Below are positions 28,174 through 38,797 of a stretch of 64,000 bases of DNA, piece by piece. Location: NCBI GenBank assembly GCA_964545575.1, contig CAZJFL010000007.1, positions 31,848-95,847 of the forward strand, read 5' to 3'. Positions within the stretch are counted from its first letter, which is position 1. Every line of letters starts with the position of its first letter. Both the position numbers and the translations under genes were made by a program. The notes below the pieces were generated by a model. The model worked only from the letters and a program-made list of their open reading frames with translations, was not told the origin of the DNA and did not search any database. The DNA comes from an uncultured Planctomycetales bacterium (GTDB taxonomy: Bacteria > Omnitrophota > Gorgyraeia > Gygaellales > Profunditerraquicolaceae).

Positions 28174-29084
28174 ATTTTTAACGCGCCGATAAGCGCACTG
28201 ATATCTTTGATTTTATTTTGTGCGAGGTATTTTTTTATCCCAATAATAATTTCTACGCTCACTTTAGGATTAATAAAGTTTGCCGTGCCTACGCTGACTG
28301 CGGTTGCTCCGGCGAGGATAAATTCCAGGGCGCTGGAGGCATCCATTATACCACCCATTCCGATAATCGGAATTTTAATTTTCTGCGCTGCCTCCCAGAC
28401 CATGCGCACGGCAACCGGCCGGATAGCCGGGCCGCTTAAGCCGGCGACCCCAAGAGCGATTTTTGGCCTTTTCTTCTCTACATCTATGCTTATGGCAGTG
28501 AAAGTATTAATCAGGGAAACTGCGTCGCTTCCGGCGTTTTGCGCTGCCAAGGCAATATGAGCGATAGAGGTGACATTGGGCGAAAGTTTAGTGATCAAAG
28601 TTTTACGGGTTGCTTTGCGCACTGCGCGCACCAAATTATAAGTCTCCTTTGCATCCTGGGAAATCAACTTGGTGTGCGCAAGGTTAGGGCAAGAGATGTT
28701 CAACTCTATCGCCGCCACTGCTTTGATTTTATCCAAACGCCGGGTGAGAGCAATGAATTCCCGCGGATCCGATTCCGAAGCAATGCTGACGATTACCGGA
28801 ACGCCTGTTTTCTTTAAAACAGGCAGCTTCTCTTTGATAAAAACCTCTAGCCCCGGATTCTCCAGGCCGATGGAATTCAACATCCCGGCCGGCGTCTCGC
28901 AGGTGCGCGGAGGCGGATTACCCTTACGCGGTTTCAAAGTGATGGTTTTAGTGACAATGGCGCCTAATTTTCTTAAGTCCATAAAATCGCGGAACTCTTC
29001 GGCGTAACCAAAAGTCCCGGAGGCCACCATCACCGGATTCTTTAATTTCAGTTTGCCAATATTTACAGAAAGTTTTGACTGCAT
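28170..29084 (-). CDS. pyrD: Dihydroorotate dehydrogenase 1B, catalytic subunit
   Basis: ASGTFG, NSIGLENPG, ELNISCPN, KLSPNVT and GLSGPAI. Confidence 0.95.
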   Translation of the reverse strand: MQSKLSVNIGKLKLKNPVMVASGTFGYAEEFRDFMDLRKLGAIVTKTITLKPRKGNPPPRTCETPAGMLNSIGLENPGLEVFIKEKLPVLKKTGVPVIVSIASESDPREFIALTRRLDKIKAVAAIELNISCPNLAHTKLISQDAKETYNLVRAVRKATRKTLITKLSPNVTSIAHIALAAQNAGSDAVSLINTFTAISIDVEKKRPKIALGVAGLSGPAIRPVAVRMVWEAAQKIKIPIIGMGGIMDASSALEFILAGATAVSVGTANFINPKVSVEIIIGIKKYLAQNKIKDISALIGALKI

Positions 29085-29085
29085 A

Positions 29086-29445
29086 TTATTTAGTTAAAAT
29101 CATCCTCAGGGAAATGAAAAGCAAAAATATACCGAACAATCTTTTTAACAGCGCATCCGGTAGCCCCTGAATAAGGTTGGCGCCCAATAGGCCTCCGATA
29201 AAAAACCCCAAGCAGATAAAACCAGCCATGCCTATTTTTACATTACCGCTATAGTAATAGCGCAGCGCCGCTAATAACCCGATGGGCGGGACCATAATCG
29301 CCAAAGTCGTGCCCTGCGCCTGATGCTGGGTTAAGCCAAAGATGAACACCAGCGCCGGAATCAAGATCGTCCCTCCTCCGATGCCAAAGATACCGCTGAA
29401 TATTCCGGCCACTATTCCTAAAACAACATATAACACTACGTTCAT
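29086..29445 (-). CDS. Half-size TauE/SafE family membrane protein
   Basis: GIFSGIFGIGGG and QHQAQGTTL; about four TM helices. Confidence 0.8.
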   Translation of the reverse strand: MNVVLYVVLGIVAGIFSGIFGIGGGTILIPALVFIFGLTQHQAQGTTLAIMVPPIGLLAALRYYYSGNVKIGMAGFICLGFFIGGLLGANLIQGLPDALLKRLFGIFLLFISLRMILTK

Positions 29446-29455
29446 TTCTTCCTCC

Positions 29456-30604
29456 CTAAAAGCTCGGTTCAATACAGAGTATTTTATATTTTGCGAAATC
29501 CTTTAATCCGCCCTTGATAAAACTTAAGTTAGTCAAATACTTCATCTTCGCCCAGGTCCAAAACTCACTCTTGGGCTCCATCCCAAAGTTCCACTTTACG
29601 TATTGGTAAGCAAAATAGGCGGTCAGCAATAAAGCGGCGGCGCTCAAAACCAACCAGAATAACCCCGGCCAGATAAAACTAAATATTGCCCCTAAGATAA
29701 ACAAAAGGCCGAATAGATGCATCAAGTGAAAATTCCCTAAATAGATAAAGCCCCTGACGGGAAACGGCATCACAAAGGATGGGCCACCTTTTAAAAATTG
29801 TAAGACTATCTCTAATCCCTTTTTCTTGACATATTTATCGATCAGAGGCAGGTGCGCCTGGCCATAGGTAACCCAGACTTTCAGCAGCGCTTTTAAGTCT
29901 GCCCGGTGCATATGGTCAACTTTGGCTTTGGGCGCAAAGTAAAACTTATAGCCGCGACTTCTCATCTCATAACTTAAATTCATATCTTCGCCTGTAGGCC
30001 TATCCCAGAACTTTACTCCGGTTTCATCCAGCACCTTTTTTCGATATGCCACATTACAGGTGCCGAAAAAATAAGCCCGGTGCCCTCCGATATCCACCGG
30101 ATTAGGGCTCTTAGGGAACTCCGGGTAATAACCTTCTTTAATAAATCCGTAGCGCGGTGAAACCATATTAAACCTAAAATGCTGGCACCAAGCCTCGACT
30201 AAATTATTAGGATCGACTTTTAAAGTATAAATTTCCCCGCCGACGGTAGAGATCTTTTCATCACGCTGGAAGTGCCCAAGCATCTCATTGATCCAATCGG
30301 GGCAGGGCGCGCAATCGGCGTCGGTAAAGAATAAAAAGTCCCCCTTCACCACTTCCAGGGCTTTGTTGCGGGCAAACCCGGGAGAAGGGCAATTGGGAAC
30401 TTCTACTAATTTAATAAAGGGGTATTTTTGCTGCCAGTTCTTGATGATTTCGATGGTCTTGTCGGTTGAGCCGCCGTCGGCAATTACCCATTCCCATCTT
30501 TCATGCGGATAATCTACTTTAAGCAGGTATTGGAAAGTCTTCTCGATAGTGCGCTCAAAGTTCTTGACCGGGATGATAATCGAAACAAAAGGCTTCTCGG
30601 ACAT
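29456..30604 (-). CDS. Glycosyltransferase family 2 with C-terminal TM helices
   Basis: VSIIIP, DGGSTD, ARN, FTDADC and GED; AGGAGG RBS. Confidence 0.88.
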   Translation of the reverse strand: MSEKPFVSIIIPVKNFERTIEKTFQYLLKVDYPHERWEWVIADGGSTDKTIEIIKNWQQKYPFIKLVEVPNCPSPGFARNKALEVVKGDFLFFTDADCAPCPDWINEMLGHFQRDEKISTVGGEIYTLKVDPNNLVEAWCQHFRFNMVSPRYGFIKEGYYPEFPKSPNPVDIGGHRAYFFGTCNVAYRKKVLDETGVKFWDRPTGEDMNLSYEMRSRGYKFYFAPKAKVDHMHRADLKALLKVWVTYGQAHLPLIDKYVKKKGLEIVLQFLKGGPSFVMPFPVRGFIYLGNFHLMHLFGLLFILGAIFSFIWPGLFWLVLSAAALLLTAYFAYQYVKWNFGMEPKSEFWTWAKMKYLTNLSFIKGGLKDFAKYKILCIEPSF

Positions 30605-30626
30605 CACAATCCTCCTTCACAATGTA

Positions 30627-30657
30627 AACGCCAATCTATCCGATAAGATTGGGCGTT
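30627..30657. repeat. Dispersed hairpin element, variant copy 2
   Basis: aacgcc-aatct-ATCCGATA-agatt-g-ggcgtt, abutting the pyrK stop codon. Confidence 0.75.
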
Positions 30658-31441
30658 AACGCCAAATTATCTCATCCGCACAAAATACCGGGCCTTCTTT
30701 ACAGACCCGCTGGAAACCCGCTTTGGTATTTACGACGCAGCCAAGGCATGCCCCGATACCGCAACTCATATGTTCTTCAAGAGAAACCTGGGCCGGGATT
30801 CTATAATTTTTAGAGATTTTTGAAATCTCTTTTAGCATCGGGCGCGGGCCGCAGGCATAGATTGCTAATCGCTTATTGCTAATCGCTAATCGCAAAAAAC
30901 TGTTTAATAAATCTGCGGCTTTGCCCTTAAAACCCCGGGAGCCGTCATCGGTAGCTATTTTAACACTACAGCCCAATTTCTTAAACTCTTTTTCGCATAA
31001 GACCTGCTCCTTTGACCTAGCCCCGATTAAAACTTGTGACTTATTGAGCCTCTCAGCGAGGAATAATAAAGGCGCTACCCCCATGCCGCCTGCCACCAAA
31101 ATCGGTGTTCGGTGTTCGGTGTTCGCTGCTCGGTAATCAAAGCCATTGCCCAACGGTCCTAATATATCCAGGAACTCCCCGGATTTTCTCTGAGATAAAA
31201 TCTTGGTAGCCGGGCCCAGCACTTCATAAAGAAGAAAGATATTCGCGCCGCTTACCCGGTGTATGCCTAGCGGCCTTCTTAAAAGCGGCTGGCAGCTATC
31301 CGATACTTTTACCTGCACAAACTGTCCGGGATAAGCTGCCCGGCTGATGCCGCCGGCGGCTAAAATCATTTCAAAATAGGCAGAGCCTACTTTTTTATTG
31401 GCGACAATCTTAGCCTTTTGCTGCAGTATCTTTTTTCTCAT
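30656..31441 (-). CDS. pyrK: Dihydroorotate dehydrogenase electron-transfer subunit
   Basis: LRRP, GPLGNGF, AGGMG.AP, ACGPRPM and MSCGIGACLGC...C.EGPVF. Confidence 0.93.
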   Translation of the reverse strand: MRKKILQQKAKIVANKKVGSAYFEMILAAGGISRAAYPGQFVQVKVSDSCQPLLRRPLGIHRVSGANIFLLYEVLGPATKILSQRKSGEFLDILGPLGNGFDYRAANTEHRTPILVAGGMGVAPLLFLAERLNKSQVLIGARSKEQVLCEKEFKKLGCSVKIATDDGSRGFKGKAADLLNSFLRLAISNKRLAIYACGPRPMLKEISKISKNYRIPAQVSLEEHMSCGIGACLGCVVNTKAGFQRVCKEGPVFCADEIIWR

Positions 31442-32075
31442 GGAATACCGTATAAATAATGGCTGCTAAAACTACTATCACCAAAAACACTCTGAACGCC
31501 CCGCTTCCTTGCCAAATTTTAATTGCCATAATAAATGCGACGGCGGCGGCCAAAGAACCAATCTCTTTCTTGAGCCATATTTTTTTAAAAGCCAGACTTT
31601 CGCGTAAGTCTGTCTTAAACCAAGCCGGGACAGTGGGAAATAATCTCGGGGTTTTTTTGCAGTATGCTTGATAATCCTGGCCAAAGCGCTGGGATAAAAT
31701 TTGCTCTTCATGCCTTATCTGAGGCATGTATATCCATAAAAATACGGCGAGGAAAATAAAATTTATCCACCAGGCAAAAAGCGCCAGAATAATACCCAAG
31801 CCGATTAATAAGGTGCCCAAATACATCGGGTTACGGATCAACCGATAAGGCCCGCTGATCACCAGCCTTTTACTTTCCAGAGACATCTCTGCTTTATAGC
31901 CTCTGGCTGCAATACGCAATAAAAATCCCAATAAGAATAAACCCGCGCCAAATCCGTCTATAAATCTAGAGAGTATGCTATTTTGGGGCTGGCGGAATAA
32001 AAACTTAGAGAATAAAAAAGAGAGCGCTATGGCTACAAAAATCAGAAATCCCTGTATTTTTATTCTCTTTTTCAT
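31410..32075 (-). CDS. Isoprenylcysteine carboxyl methyltransferase / PEMT family membrane protein
   Basis: LVISGPYRLIRNPMYLG and EE..L..RFG.DY..Y...TPR. Confidence 0.82.
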   Translation of the reverse strand: MKKRIKIQGFLIFVAIALSFLFSKFLFRQPQNSILSRFIDGFGAGLFLLGFLLRIAARGYKAEMSLESKRLVISGPYRLIRNPMYLGTLLIGLGIILALFAWWINFIFLAVFLWIYMPQIRHEEQILSQRFGQDYQAYCKKTPRLFPTVPAWFKTDLRESLAFKKIWLKKEIGSLAAAVAFIMAIKIWQGSGAFRVFLVIVVLAAIIYTVFHEKKDTAAKG

Positions 32076-32872
32076 TTCTGGCACTTAGGGCAGAAATACG
32101 TACCCCTGCCCCCTAAGGCTGTCCTCTTAATCGGGGTTTTACAGACTAAACAGGGTTTACCTTGGCGATCGTAAACCTTATGAAACTTTACATAAGCCCC
32201 CGGCTCACCGGTTAATTGCACGTATTGGTCAACCGAAGAACCTTTATATTTTATCGCCTCAAGCAGTGTATCCTTTATTTCCTTAAAAAGCCGCTCTTTT
32301 TCTTTCTTGGAAAGAGAGTTGGCCCGCCTTTCCGGATTAATTTTGGCGCGGAAGAGCGCTTCTGCGGCATAGAGATTACCGATGCCGGAAATAAAGGTCT
32401 GGTCCATTAAAAGCGGCTTAATTTTGCTTTTCTTGGTACTGAGCATCTCTTTAAAGGCATCTGTGCTGATATCAAACGGCTCCGGGCCTAACCCTTGAAT
32501 AAACTTTAAAGAGCGCCAATCATCCATCAGGCGTAGTTCCGCAAATAAACGCTGGTCGTTAAAATCTAGGGTTTTACCGTCGGATAAATGAAAAATTACC
32601 CTCGCCTGTTTACCATTTCCCGGATAGACGAGCTGGCCGGTCATTTTTAAATGTATCACCAGAGACTTGCCATTGGATAACTCAAAGATTAAGACCTTGG
32701 CCTTACGCAGAATATTCTTTATAGTTACCCCGGCTAGACCTTGCTTGAATTTATCTGCCGAGGGCTGACGGATCACCTTGGGGTTCTTTACCGAGACTGC
32801 GGTAATTTTTTTACCCAAGACCGCTTTTTCTAATTCGCGCTTGACGGTTTCAACTTCCGGCAGTTCGGGCAT
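32072..32872 (-). CDS. mutM: Formamidopyrimidine-DNA glycosylase
   Basis: MPELPEVE, HLKMTG, GIGNLYA and Zn finger CLVC...CPKCQ. Confidence 0.96.
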   Translation of the reverse strand: MPELPEVETVKRELEKAVLGKKITAVSVKNPKVIRQPSADKFKQGLAGVTIKNILRKAKVLIFELSNGKSLVIHLKMTGQLVYPGNGKQARVIFHLSDGKTLDFNDQRLFAELRLMDDWRSLKFIQGLGPEPFDISTDAFKEMLSTKKSKIKPLLMDQTFISGIGNLYAAEALFRAKINPERRANSLSKKEKERLFKEIKDTLLEAIKYKGSSVDQYVQLTGEPGAYVKFHKVYDRQGKPCLVCKTPIKRTALGGRGTYFCPKCQK

Positions 32873-32875
32873 AAT

Positions 32876-33271
32876 TTAACCTTCTAAGACTTTAATCCAG
32901 ACCTCTCTTGTTCGGGGGCCGTCGCCCTCGCAGAAATATATCCCCTGCCAGGTGCCCAGCGCCAATTGCCCATCCTCGATAAAAATAGTCAGCGCTGAAC
33001 CAAAAAGAGAAGATTTTATATGGCTGTCGGCATTGCCTTCGCTGTGCGCATAACCGGCGCCGGCGGGAATAATTTTACTTAATGTATTGATAATATCGCG
33101 CCTAACCGAGGGGTCGGCATTCTCATTGATGGTCAGGCCGGCGGTGGTGTGCGGGCAAAATATAAAACAGACGCCGTCTTTGATTTTGCTTTTGGAAACT
33201 ACCGCCTGAACTTTATCAGTAATATCGATTAAATCAACCCGGCTATTTGTTTTTAGGCTTATTCTTTCCAC
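32876..33271 (-). CDS. yjbQ: YjbQ/UPF0047 family protein
   Basis: [18 protein letters not shown] and LGTWQGI. Confidence 0.9.
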   Translation of the reverse strand: MERISLKTNSRVDLIDITDKVQAVVSKSKIKDGVCFIFCPHTTAGLTINENADPSVRRDIINTLSKIIPAGAGYAHSEGNADSHIKSSLFGSALTIFIEDGQLALGTWQGIYFCEGDGPRTREVWIKVLEG

Positions 33272-36200
33272 GTTTTAATCCTTCTTTATGATATTTTTGT
33301 AACGATTTTACCTCCAGGCCTTTTTTCGCCAGCGCCTCTATACCGTTGGTGGTTGCCTGCGCTCCGGAAATCGTAGTGGTATAAGGGATATTGTATAAAA
33401 TAACCGCGGAGCGGATTTTTACTTCGTCTTCGCGCGGAATCCTTCCCGAAGGAGTATTAATCACTAACTGAATCTTTCCGTCCTTCATCAGGTCGATGAT
33501 ATTAGGCCTGCCTTCGGCGATCTTATTCAGCACTTTTACGTCAATACCGTTTTTCCCCAGGGCAGAAGCGGTCCCGACAGTCGCATAAATATGGAACCCT
33601 AAATCCTCTAATTTTTTAGCGATAAAGGCTACCGGCCGCTTATCTCTATCGCGTACTGAGATAAAGACGTTCCCTTTAACGGGAACTTTTTGGCCGGCGG
33701 CAATCTGGCTTTTGATGTAAGCGTGGGCAAAATCTTTATCAATGCCCATTACCTCTCCGGTAGATTTCATCTCCGGCCCCAAAATCACATCTACTCCCGG
33801 GAAGCGGTTAAAAGGAAATACCGACTCTTTCACTGCTACGTGCGCAGGAATAATCTCTTTGGTAAAACCTAAATCCTTTAATTTCTTGCCCAGCATCACT
33901 TTGGTGGCTAAATTTGCCAGAGGCACTCCGATGACCTTAGAGACCAGGGGCACGGTCCGAGAAGCGCGCGGGTTGACCTCTAAAACATAAACTTTTTCGT
34001 CCTTCACCGCATATTGCACATTCATTAACCCCACCACATTTAATTCTTTCCCCATCTTAACAGTAGAATCTCTGATTTCATCCAGGATTTTTTGCGATAA
34101 AGTATAGGTGGGCAGCGCCATCGCCGAATCTCCGGAGTGGATCCCCGCCTCTTCAATATGCTCCATGATCCCGCCGATGACATAAGTTTGGCCGTCTCCG
34201 ATCATATCCACATCCACCTCAATGGCATCCTCTAAGAACTTATCAATCAAGACCGGATGCTCGCCGGAAACCGCCACCGCCTCCTTGATGAATTTTTCCA
34301 AATTACTTTCATCATAGACTATTTCCATCGCCCGGCCGCCTAAAACATAGGAAGGCCGCACCAATACCGGATAGCCGATTTTACGCGCTACCTCTTTTGC
34401 CTCTTGGAAGGTAAAGGCAGTGCCGTTATCCGGCTGCAGCAGATTCAGCTTATGCAGCATCTGCTTAAAGCGTTTGCGGTCTTCGGCAATATCGATACTA
34501 TCCGCGCTAGTCCCGAGCAAATTCACCCCGGCTTTTCTTAAAGGGATGGCTAAGTTCAACGGGGTCTGGCCTCCGAATTGCACAATCACCCCCATGGGTT
34601 TTTCTACTTCAATAATATTCAATACGTCCTCCACCGTAACCGGCTCAAAGTATAACCTGTCCGAAGTATCGTAGTCGGTAGAGACTGTCTCGGGGTTACA
34701 GTTAACCATGATACTATCAATGCCTTCCTCTTTTAAGGCGTATGCCGCATGGCAGCAGCAATAATCAAATTCAATACCCTGCCCGATCCTGTTCGGGCCG
34801 CCGCCTAAAATCACCACTTTTTTATTTTTACTCGGCCGGGCCTCCTGCTGGGTCTCGCGGGTAGAGTAAAAATAAGGCTGCTTGGCGGCGAACTCTCCGG
34901 CACAGGTATCCACTAATTTGTAAACCGGATTTTTATTCTGCTTTTTAGCGAATTTACGCACCACCTCCTCTTTGGAGTTCAGTAAAAATGCCAGCTGCCG
35001 GTCGGAAAAACCGTCTGCCTTGGCTTGTGCGTATAATTCAGGCGGCATATCGATATCCTGGTCTATTTTCGCGTTGCGGAATCTCTTGACCTGTTCTTCC
35101 ATTTCGGTCAACTGTTTCATATTATCCAGAAACCACTTGTCAATTTTGGAAAGCTGGTATATCTCATCCAGCGACAAGCCAGCCTTCAGGCCGTAGCGGA
35201 TATAAAATAATCTTTCATCGTTGGGGATGCGGATTTTGTCTTTGATCGCCTTAAGCAGCCCGTTCTCGGGGTTTTTCAGCATCTCGTCTGTGATTTTATC
35301 CTTACCGTCGGCGCCGAAACCGAAGCGGGAAATTTCAATCGAACGGATGCCTTTCTGAAAGGCCTCCTTGAAATTCCTGCCGATAGACATCGCCTCGCCC
35401 ACTGCCTTCATCGAAGTATTCAGCACCCGCTCTGTGCGGGGAAATTTTTCAAAGGTAAACCTGCAGATCTTAAAGACACAGTAATCTACGGTCGGCTCAA
35501 AAAAAGAAGTGGTCTTGCCGGTGATCTGGTTCATCACTTCCGGAAGGGTGAGCCCCACGGCTAATTTTGTCGCTACTCTGGCAATGGGAAAACCGGTGGC
35601 TTTGGAGGCCAAAGCAGAAGAACGTGAAAGCCGCGGGTTAACTTCAATAATCACGATGCGACCGTTTTCCGGGTTTTGCGCAAACTGAATATTGGCCCCG
35701 CCGCCGTTGACCCCCACCCGGCGGATGATCCGCTTAGATAAGTTCACAAAATTAGTGTATTCTTCCGCAGTCAAAGTCTGCGCCGGGGCAACCACGATGC
35801 TGTCTCCGGTATGTACACCCATGGGATCAACATTTTCCATGGAAGTGATCATAATCACGTTATCGGCCGAATCACGCATCACTTCAAATTCGATTTCTTT
35901 CCAGCCTAAAACCGACTGTTCCACTAAAACCTGATGTACCGGGCTAGTCTCCAGGCCTTTAGCAAGAAATTTTTCCAGCTCTTCTTTGTTGTAGGCAGTA
36001 GCTCCGCCGCTCCCGCCAAGACAATAAGCCGGACGTAAAATCAGGGGGAAACCGATATTTAGGCCGATTTTTATACCTTCTTCGACCGTGGTAGCAATGC
36101 CGCTTTTGGGCACATCTACTCCGATCTCCTGCATCGCCTTTTTGAAAAGCTTGCGGTCTTCGGCGCAGGCTATCGCCTCTACGGGCGCGCCTATAGATTC

Positions 36201-36539
36201 TACGCCGTATTTTTTTAGCACTCCCTGCTTCATTAGAAAGAAAGCTAAATTAAGCCCGGTCTGACCTCCCAGGGTGGGTAAGATAGCGTCCGGCCTTTCT
36301 TTGGCGATGATTTTAGTGACCATCTCTACGGTCAGCGGCTCTATATAGGTCACATCTGCCATCCCCGGATCGGTCATAATCGTGGCCGGGTTAGAATTAA
36401 CCAGAATGGTAAAATATCCTTCTTCTCTTAAGGCCTTGCAAGCCTGGGAGCCGGAATAATCAAATTCACAGGCCTGTCCAATAATAATCGGGCCTGAGCC
36501 AATCATTAAAACTTTTTTGATGTCTTTGCGTCTGGGCAT
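33243..36539 (-). CDS. carB: Carbamoyl-phosphate synthase large subunit
   Basis: [17 protein letters not shown], duplicated ATP-grasp halves and MGS domain. Confidence 0.97.
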   Translation of the reverse strand: MPRRKDIKKVLMIGSGPIIIGQACEFDYSGSQACKALREEGYFTILVNSNPATIMTDPGMADVTYIEPLTVEMVTKIIAKERPDAILPTLGGQTGLNLAFFLMKQGVLKKYGVESIGAPVEAIACAEDRKLFKKAMQEIGVDVPKSGIATTVEEGIKIGLNIGFPLILRPAYCLGGSGGATAYNKEELEKFLAKGLETSPVHQVLVEQSVLGWKEIEFEVMRDSADNVIMITSMENVDPMGVHTGDSIVVAPAQTLTAEEYTNFVNLSKRIIRRVGVNGGGANIQFAQNPENGRIVIIEVNPRLSRSSALASKATGFPIARVATKLAVGLTLPEVMNQITGKTTSFFEPTVDYCVFKICRFTFEKFPRTERVLNTSMKAVGEAMSIGRNFKEAFQKGIRSIEISRFGFGADGKDKITDEMLKNPENGLLKAIKDKIRIPNDERLFYIRYGLKAGLSLDEIYQLSKIDKWFLDNMKQLTEMEEQVKRFRNAKIDQDIDMPPELYAQAKADGFSDRQLAFLLNSKEEVVRKFAKKQNKNPVYKLVDTCAGEFAAKQPYFYSTRETQQEARPSKNKKVVILGGGPNRIGQGIEFDYCCCHAAYALKEEGIDSIMVNCNPETVSTDYDTSDRLYFEPVTVEDVLNIIEVEKPMGVIVQFGGQTPLNLAIPLRKAGVNLLGTSADSIDIAEDRKRFKQMLHKLNLLQPDNGTAFTFQEAKEVARKIGYPVLVRPSYVLGGRAMEIVYDESNLEKFIKEAVAVSGEHPVLIDKFLEDAIEVDVDMIGDGQTYVIGGIMEHIEEAGIHSGDSAMALPTYTLSQKILDEIRDSTVKMGKELNVVGLMNVQYAVKDEKVYVLEVNPRASRTVPLVSKVIGVPLANLATKVMLGKKLKDLGFTKEIIPAHVAVKESVFPFNRFPGVDVILGPEMKSTGEVMGIDKDFAHAYIKSQIAAGQKVPVKGNVFISVRDRDKRPVAFIAKKLEDLGFHIYATVGTASALGKNGIDVKVLNKIAEGRPNIIDLMKDGKIQLVINTPSGRIPREDEVKIRSAVILYNIPYTTTISGAQATTNGIEALAKKGLEVKSLQKYHKEGLKRGKNKPKNK

Positions 36540-36550
36540 GGTTATTCTCC

Positions 36551-37621
36551 TTATAACATTTTAGTGAATTTTTTTAAGGCGCTGTTTACCTCATTGAACC
36601 CGGGCGAGGCCGGACAATACTGTAGCCCCATAATTTTAAGTTTTTTGCTCTCTATTTCCTCAACGCTACGGTCATTCAGATTATAGCCGGTAATTTTTAC
36701 TGCTTTAATTTTGTTGAGCGAATCTCTGTCCACCACAAAGGCATGGTTCTGCACCGTGATTTCGCCCTTGTAGGACGCAGGATGCGCCATAGGATAATTT
36801 ACTCCGCGGTGCCCCAGCCTCATCTTGACGATTTTTGCCCCTAAGGCACGCGCTAAAACCTGATGCCCGGTAGAAATTCCCAGTATCGGCAGCCGCCCAA
36901 TCAGCGGTTTAAGGTTATCTGCCACCTCTTCCAAAGCAACATCTTCCTCTGGTCCGCCAGATATAATCAGGCCATCCGGCTTCAGGCGCGCTATCTCTTG
37001 CGCTTTGGTATTATAAGGCAACAGCACCAGGCCCAAGCCCAGCGTTTCCAGCTGGTTAATAGTGCTTTGCGTTACTCCCAAATCCAAAACCGCGATTTTG
37101 CGTCTGGCTTTTTTTGCGCCCAGATGTTCGGGCTTAGCCACGGAAATTTCCGGCAATAAACTTTTTTGTTTTTCTTTACGGAAATTACTTATTTTGGCGA
37201 AAAGGCTTTTTGCTTCCAAGTCGCGCACGGAAATAATCCCGAGCATCTCTCCCTTTTGTCTTAAGTGTACGGCTAAGGTCCGGGTGTCTATTCCGGCCAA
37301 GACAGGAAGTTTATTTTCCTTAATAAAATCGTCGAAGCTCTGTTTAGCCTGCCAGTTAGAGTAGATGCGGGATTTCTCCTTGATCACCAGACCTGCCAAC
37401 CATACGCGTTTTGACTGGTTAAATTTAGGCGCGCAGCCGTAATTTCCGATTAAAGGATAAGTAAGCACCAGAATTTTCCCCGCGTTTGCCGGATCAGTCA
37501 TCATCTCCTGATAACCCACCACCGCGGTATTTAAAATCACTGCCCCGATAGCCTCGGCAGTTGCTCCCAGGCTTTCGCCGCTAAAAATCTTACCGTCTTC
37601 CAACATTAAGACTGCTTTCAT
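36551..37621 (-). CDS. carA: Carbamoyl-phosphate synthase small subunit with a degenerate glutaminase triad
   Basis: NT...[19 protein letters not shown] and QNH; catalytic motifs read GISTGHQ and QYCPA. Confidence 0.9.
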   Translation of the reverse strand: MKAVLMLEDGKIFSGESLGATAEAIGAVILNTAVVGYQEMMTDPANAGKILVLTYPLIGNYGCAPKFNQSKRVWLAGLVIKEKSRIYSNWQAKQSFDDFIKENKLPVLAGIDTRTLAVHLRQKGEMLGIISVRDLEAKSLFAKISNFRKEKQKSLLPEISVAKPEHLGAKKARRKIAVLDLGVTQSTINQLETLGLGLVLLPYNTKAQEIARLKPDGLIISGGPEEDVALEEVADNLKPLIGRLPILGISTGHQVLARALGAKIVKMRLGHRGVNYPMAHPASYKGEITVQNHAFVVDRDSLNKIKAVKITGYNLNDRSVEEIESKKLKIMGLQYCPASPGFNEVNSALKKFTKML

Positions 37622-38129
37622 TTCTTCTCCTTTGCCCATACCATAAAGCGCGGTCTTGATCCAGATTTAACTTCTCTTTCTTTAATGCCTCTTTTACCTT
37701 TTTTACCGCTTGATCCACTGTCTTGACTTTGATCACTCCCTTAATATCCCAGGAGCCTAAACTGATTACCGGGATGCCAAATTGCAGGCAGTAAGCCACT
37801 TCGGAAAGCGTTCCTGCTTCTCCCGGAAGCGCCACTACCGCATCCGCTGCCTTCACTACCAACACGTTTCTCGCTAAACCCAAGCCCGTAGGAAGGGGAA
37901 TATCCACAAAATCATTAGCATCGCTTTTGCTGTAACTCGGTATAATACCTATAGTTAGACCACCGGCGACCTTAAAACCCTGACAAACTGCCTCCATGGT
38001 ACCACTTAAGCCCCCTGAAACCAGCACATCCGCCACTTTAGCCAGTTTTTTGCCTAAATCGTGGGCTAATCGCTCCACCTCTTCCGTACATTCCCTACCG
38101 CCAATGACGCTGACAATCTTTTTACGCAT
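37590..38129 (-). CDS. TIGR00725 / LOG-like Rossmann-fold protein
   Basis: VSVIGG, GGLSGTMEA, GLGLARN and GTLSE. Start reassigned to MRKK at 38129 because the longer ORF runs through a repeat and a tRNA. Confidence 0.85.
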   Translation of the reverse strand: MRKKIVSVIGGRECTEEVERLAHDLGKKLAKVADVLVSGGLSGTMEAVCQGFKVAGGLTIGIIPSYSKSDANDFVDIPLPTGLGLARNVLVVKAADAVVALPGEAGTLSEVAYCLQFGIPVISLGSWDIKGVIKVKTVDQAVKKVKEALKKEKLNLDQDRALWYGQRRRNESSLNVGRR

Positions 38130-38161
38130 CTCCCGCACAACCCTTATCTTGTCGCGGGACA

Positions 38162-38207
38162 GTCCCCGCAGGAGGCGGGGCACCAAACCATCCGATAGGT
38201 TTGGGTG
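38162..38207. repeat. Dispersed double-hairpin element, copy 3, flanked by GGGACAGTCCC palindromes
   Basis: gtccccgc-aggag-gcgggg followed by cacc-aaacc-ATCCGATA-ggttt-g-ggtg; near-identical to 23255-23300. Confidence 0.8.
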
Positions 38208-38251
38208 CCTAACCCTTCGGGGACAGTCCCTAGCTGCAGTACGTATTATAA

Positions 38252-38326
38252 TGGTGCGCCTGGTGGGAATCGAACCCACACACCCAGCTCCGGAGGCTGG
38301 TGCCCTATCCATTGGGCCACAGGCGC
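38252..38326 (-). tRNA. tRNA-Arg (CCG)
   Basis: GCGCCTG...CCAGC-CTCCGGA-GCTGG...GTTCGATTC...CAGGCGCACCA. Confidence 0.95.
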
Positions 38327-38796
38327 GTCAATTCCTTGATCTTAGAGAAAACGAATTCCTTATTTTTAACTTTGCCGGCCGGCACAGAAAAGCGCTTAAA
38401 ACTGACGGCTCCTTTTGGGGCTAAAATCTCCTGCATGGCATCCGCGCAACGCTTATCTCCTGACCCGCCGGAGGTAGTAAACAGAATTACCTCTTTACCT
38501 CCCAAGCCACTGCATTTATCCAGGCATGCCCACATTGCCGGGGTCGGGCCAAAAGCCCAGACCGGTGTACCGAAACAAACTAAATCATAAGCGGAAAAAT
38601 CCAAACTTGTTTCTTCCAGAACCGCCCTTATTTTTTTCAGCGCCCGACGTCCCTGCAGAAAGAAGTTTTTAGGCTCATCTGTAGGTTTCAATTCCTTAAG
38701 CTCTACCTCGCCTTTTTCTGTCAAGATGTCCATTAAAAACCTGGCTATTCTTCTGGTATTTCCGCTATAAGAATAATAAATAATTACGCTTTTCAT
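38305..38796 (-). CDS. Flavodoxin-family protein
   Basis: YYSYSGNT, GTPVW and FTTSGG. Confidence 0.85.
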   Translation of the reverse strand: MKSVIIYYSYSGNTRRIARFLMDILTEKGEVELKELKPTDEPKNFFLQGRRALKKIRAVLEETSLDFSAYDLVCFGTPVWAFGPTPAMWACLDKCSGLGGKEVILFTTSGGSGDKRCADAMQEILAPKGAVSFKRFSVPAGKVKNKEFVFSKIKELTRLWPNG

Positions 38797-38797
38797 T

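Noticed and set aside
38130-38312. N-terminal extension of the 240-aa TIGR00725 ORF
   Set aside because: It translates through tRNA-Arg and a repeat element; family similarity begins at MRKK (38129).
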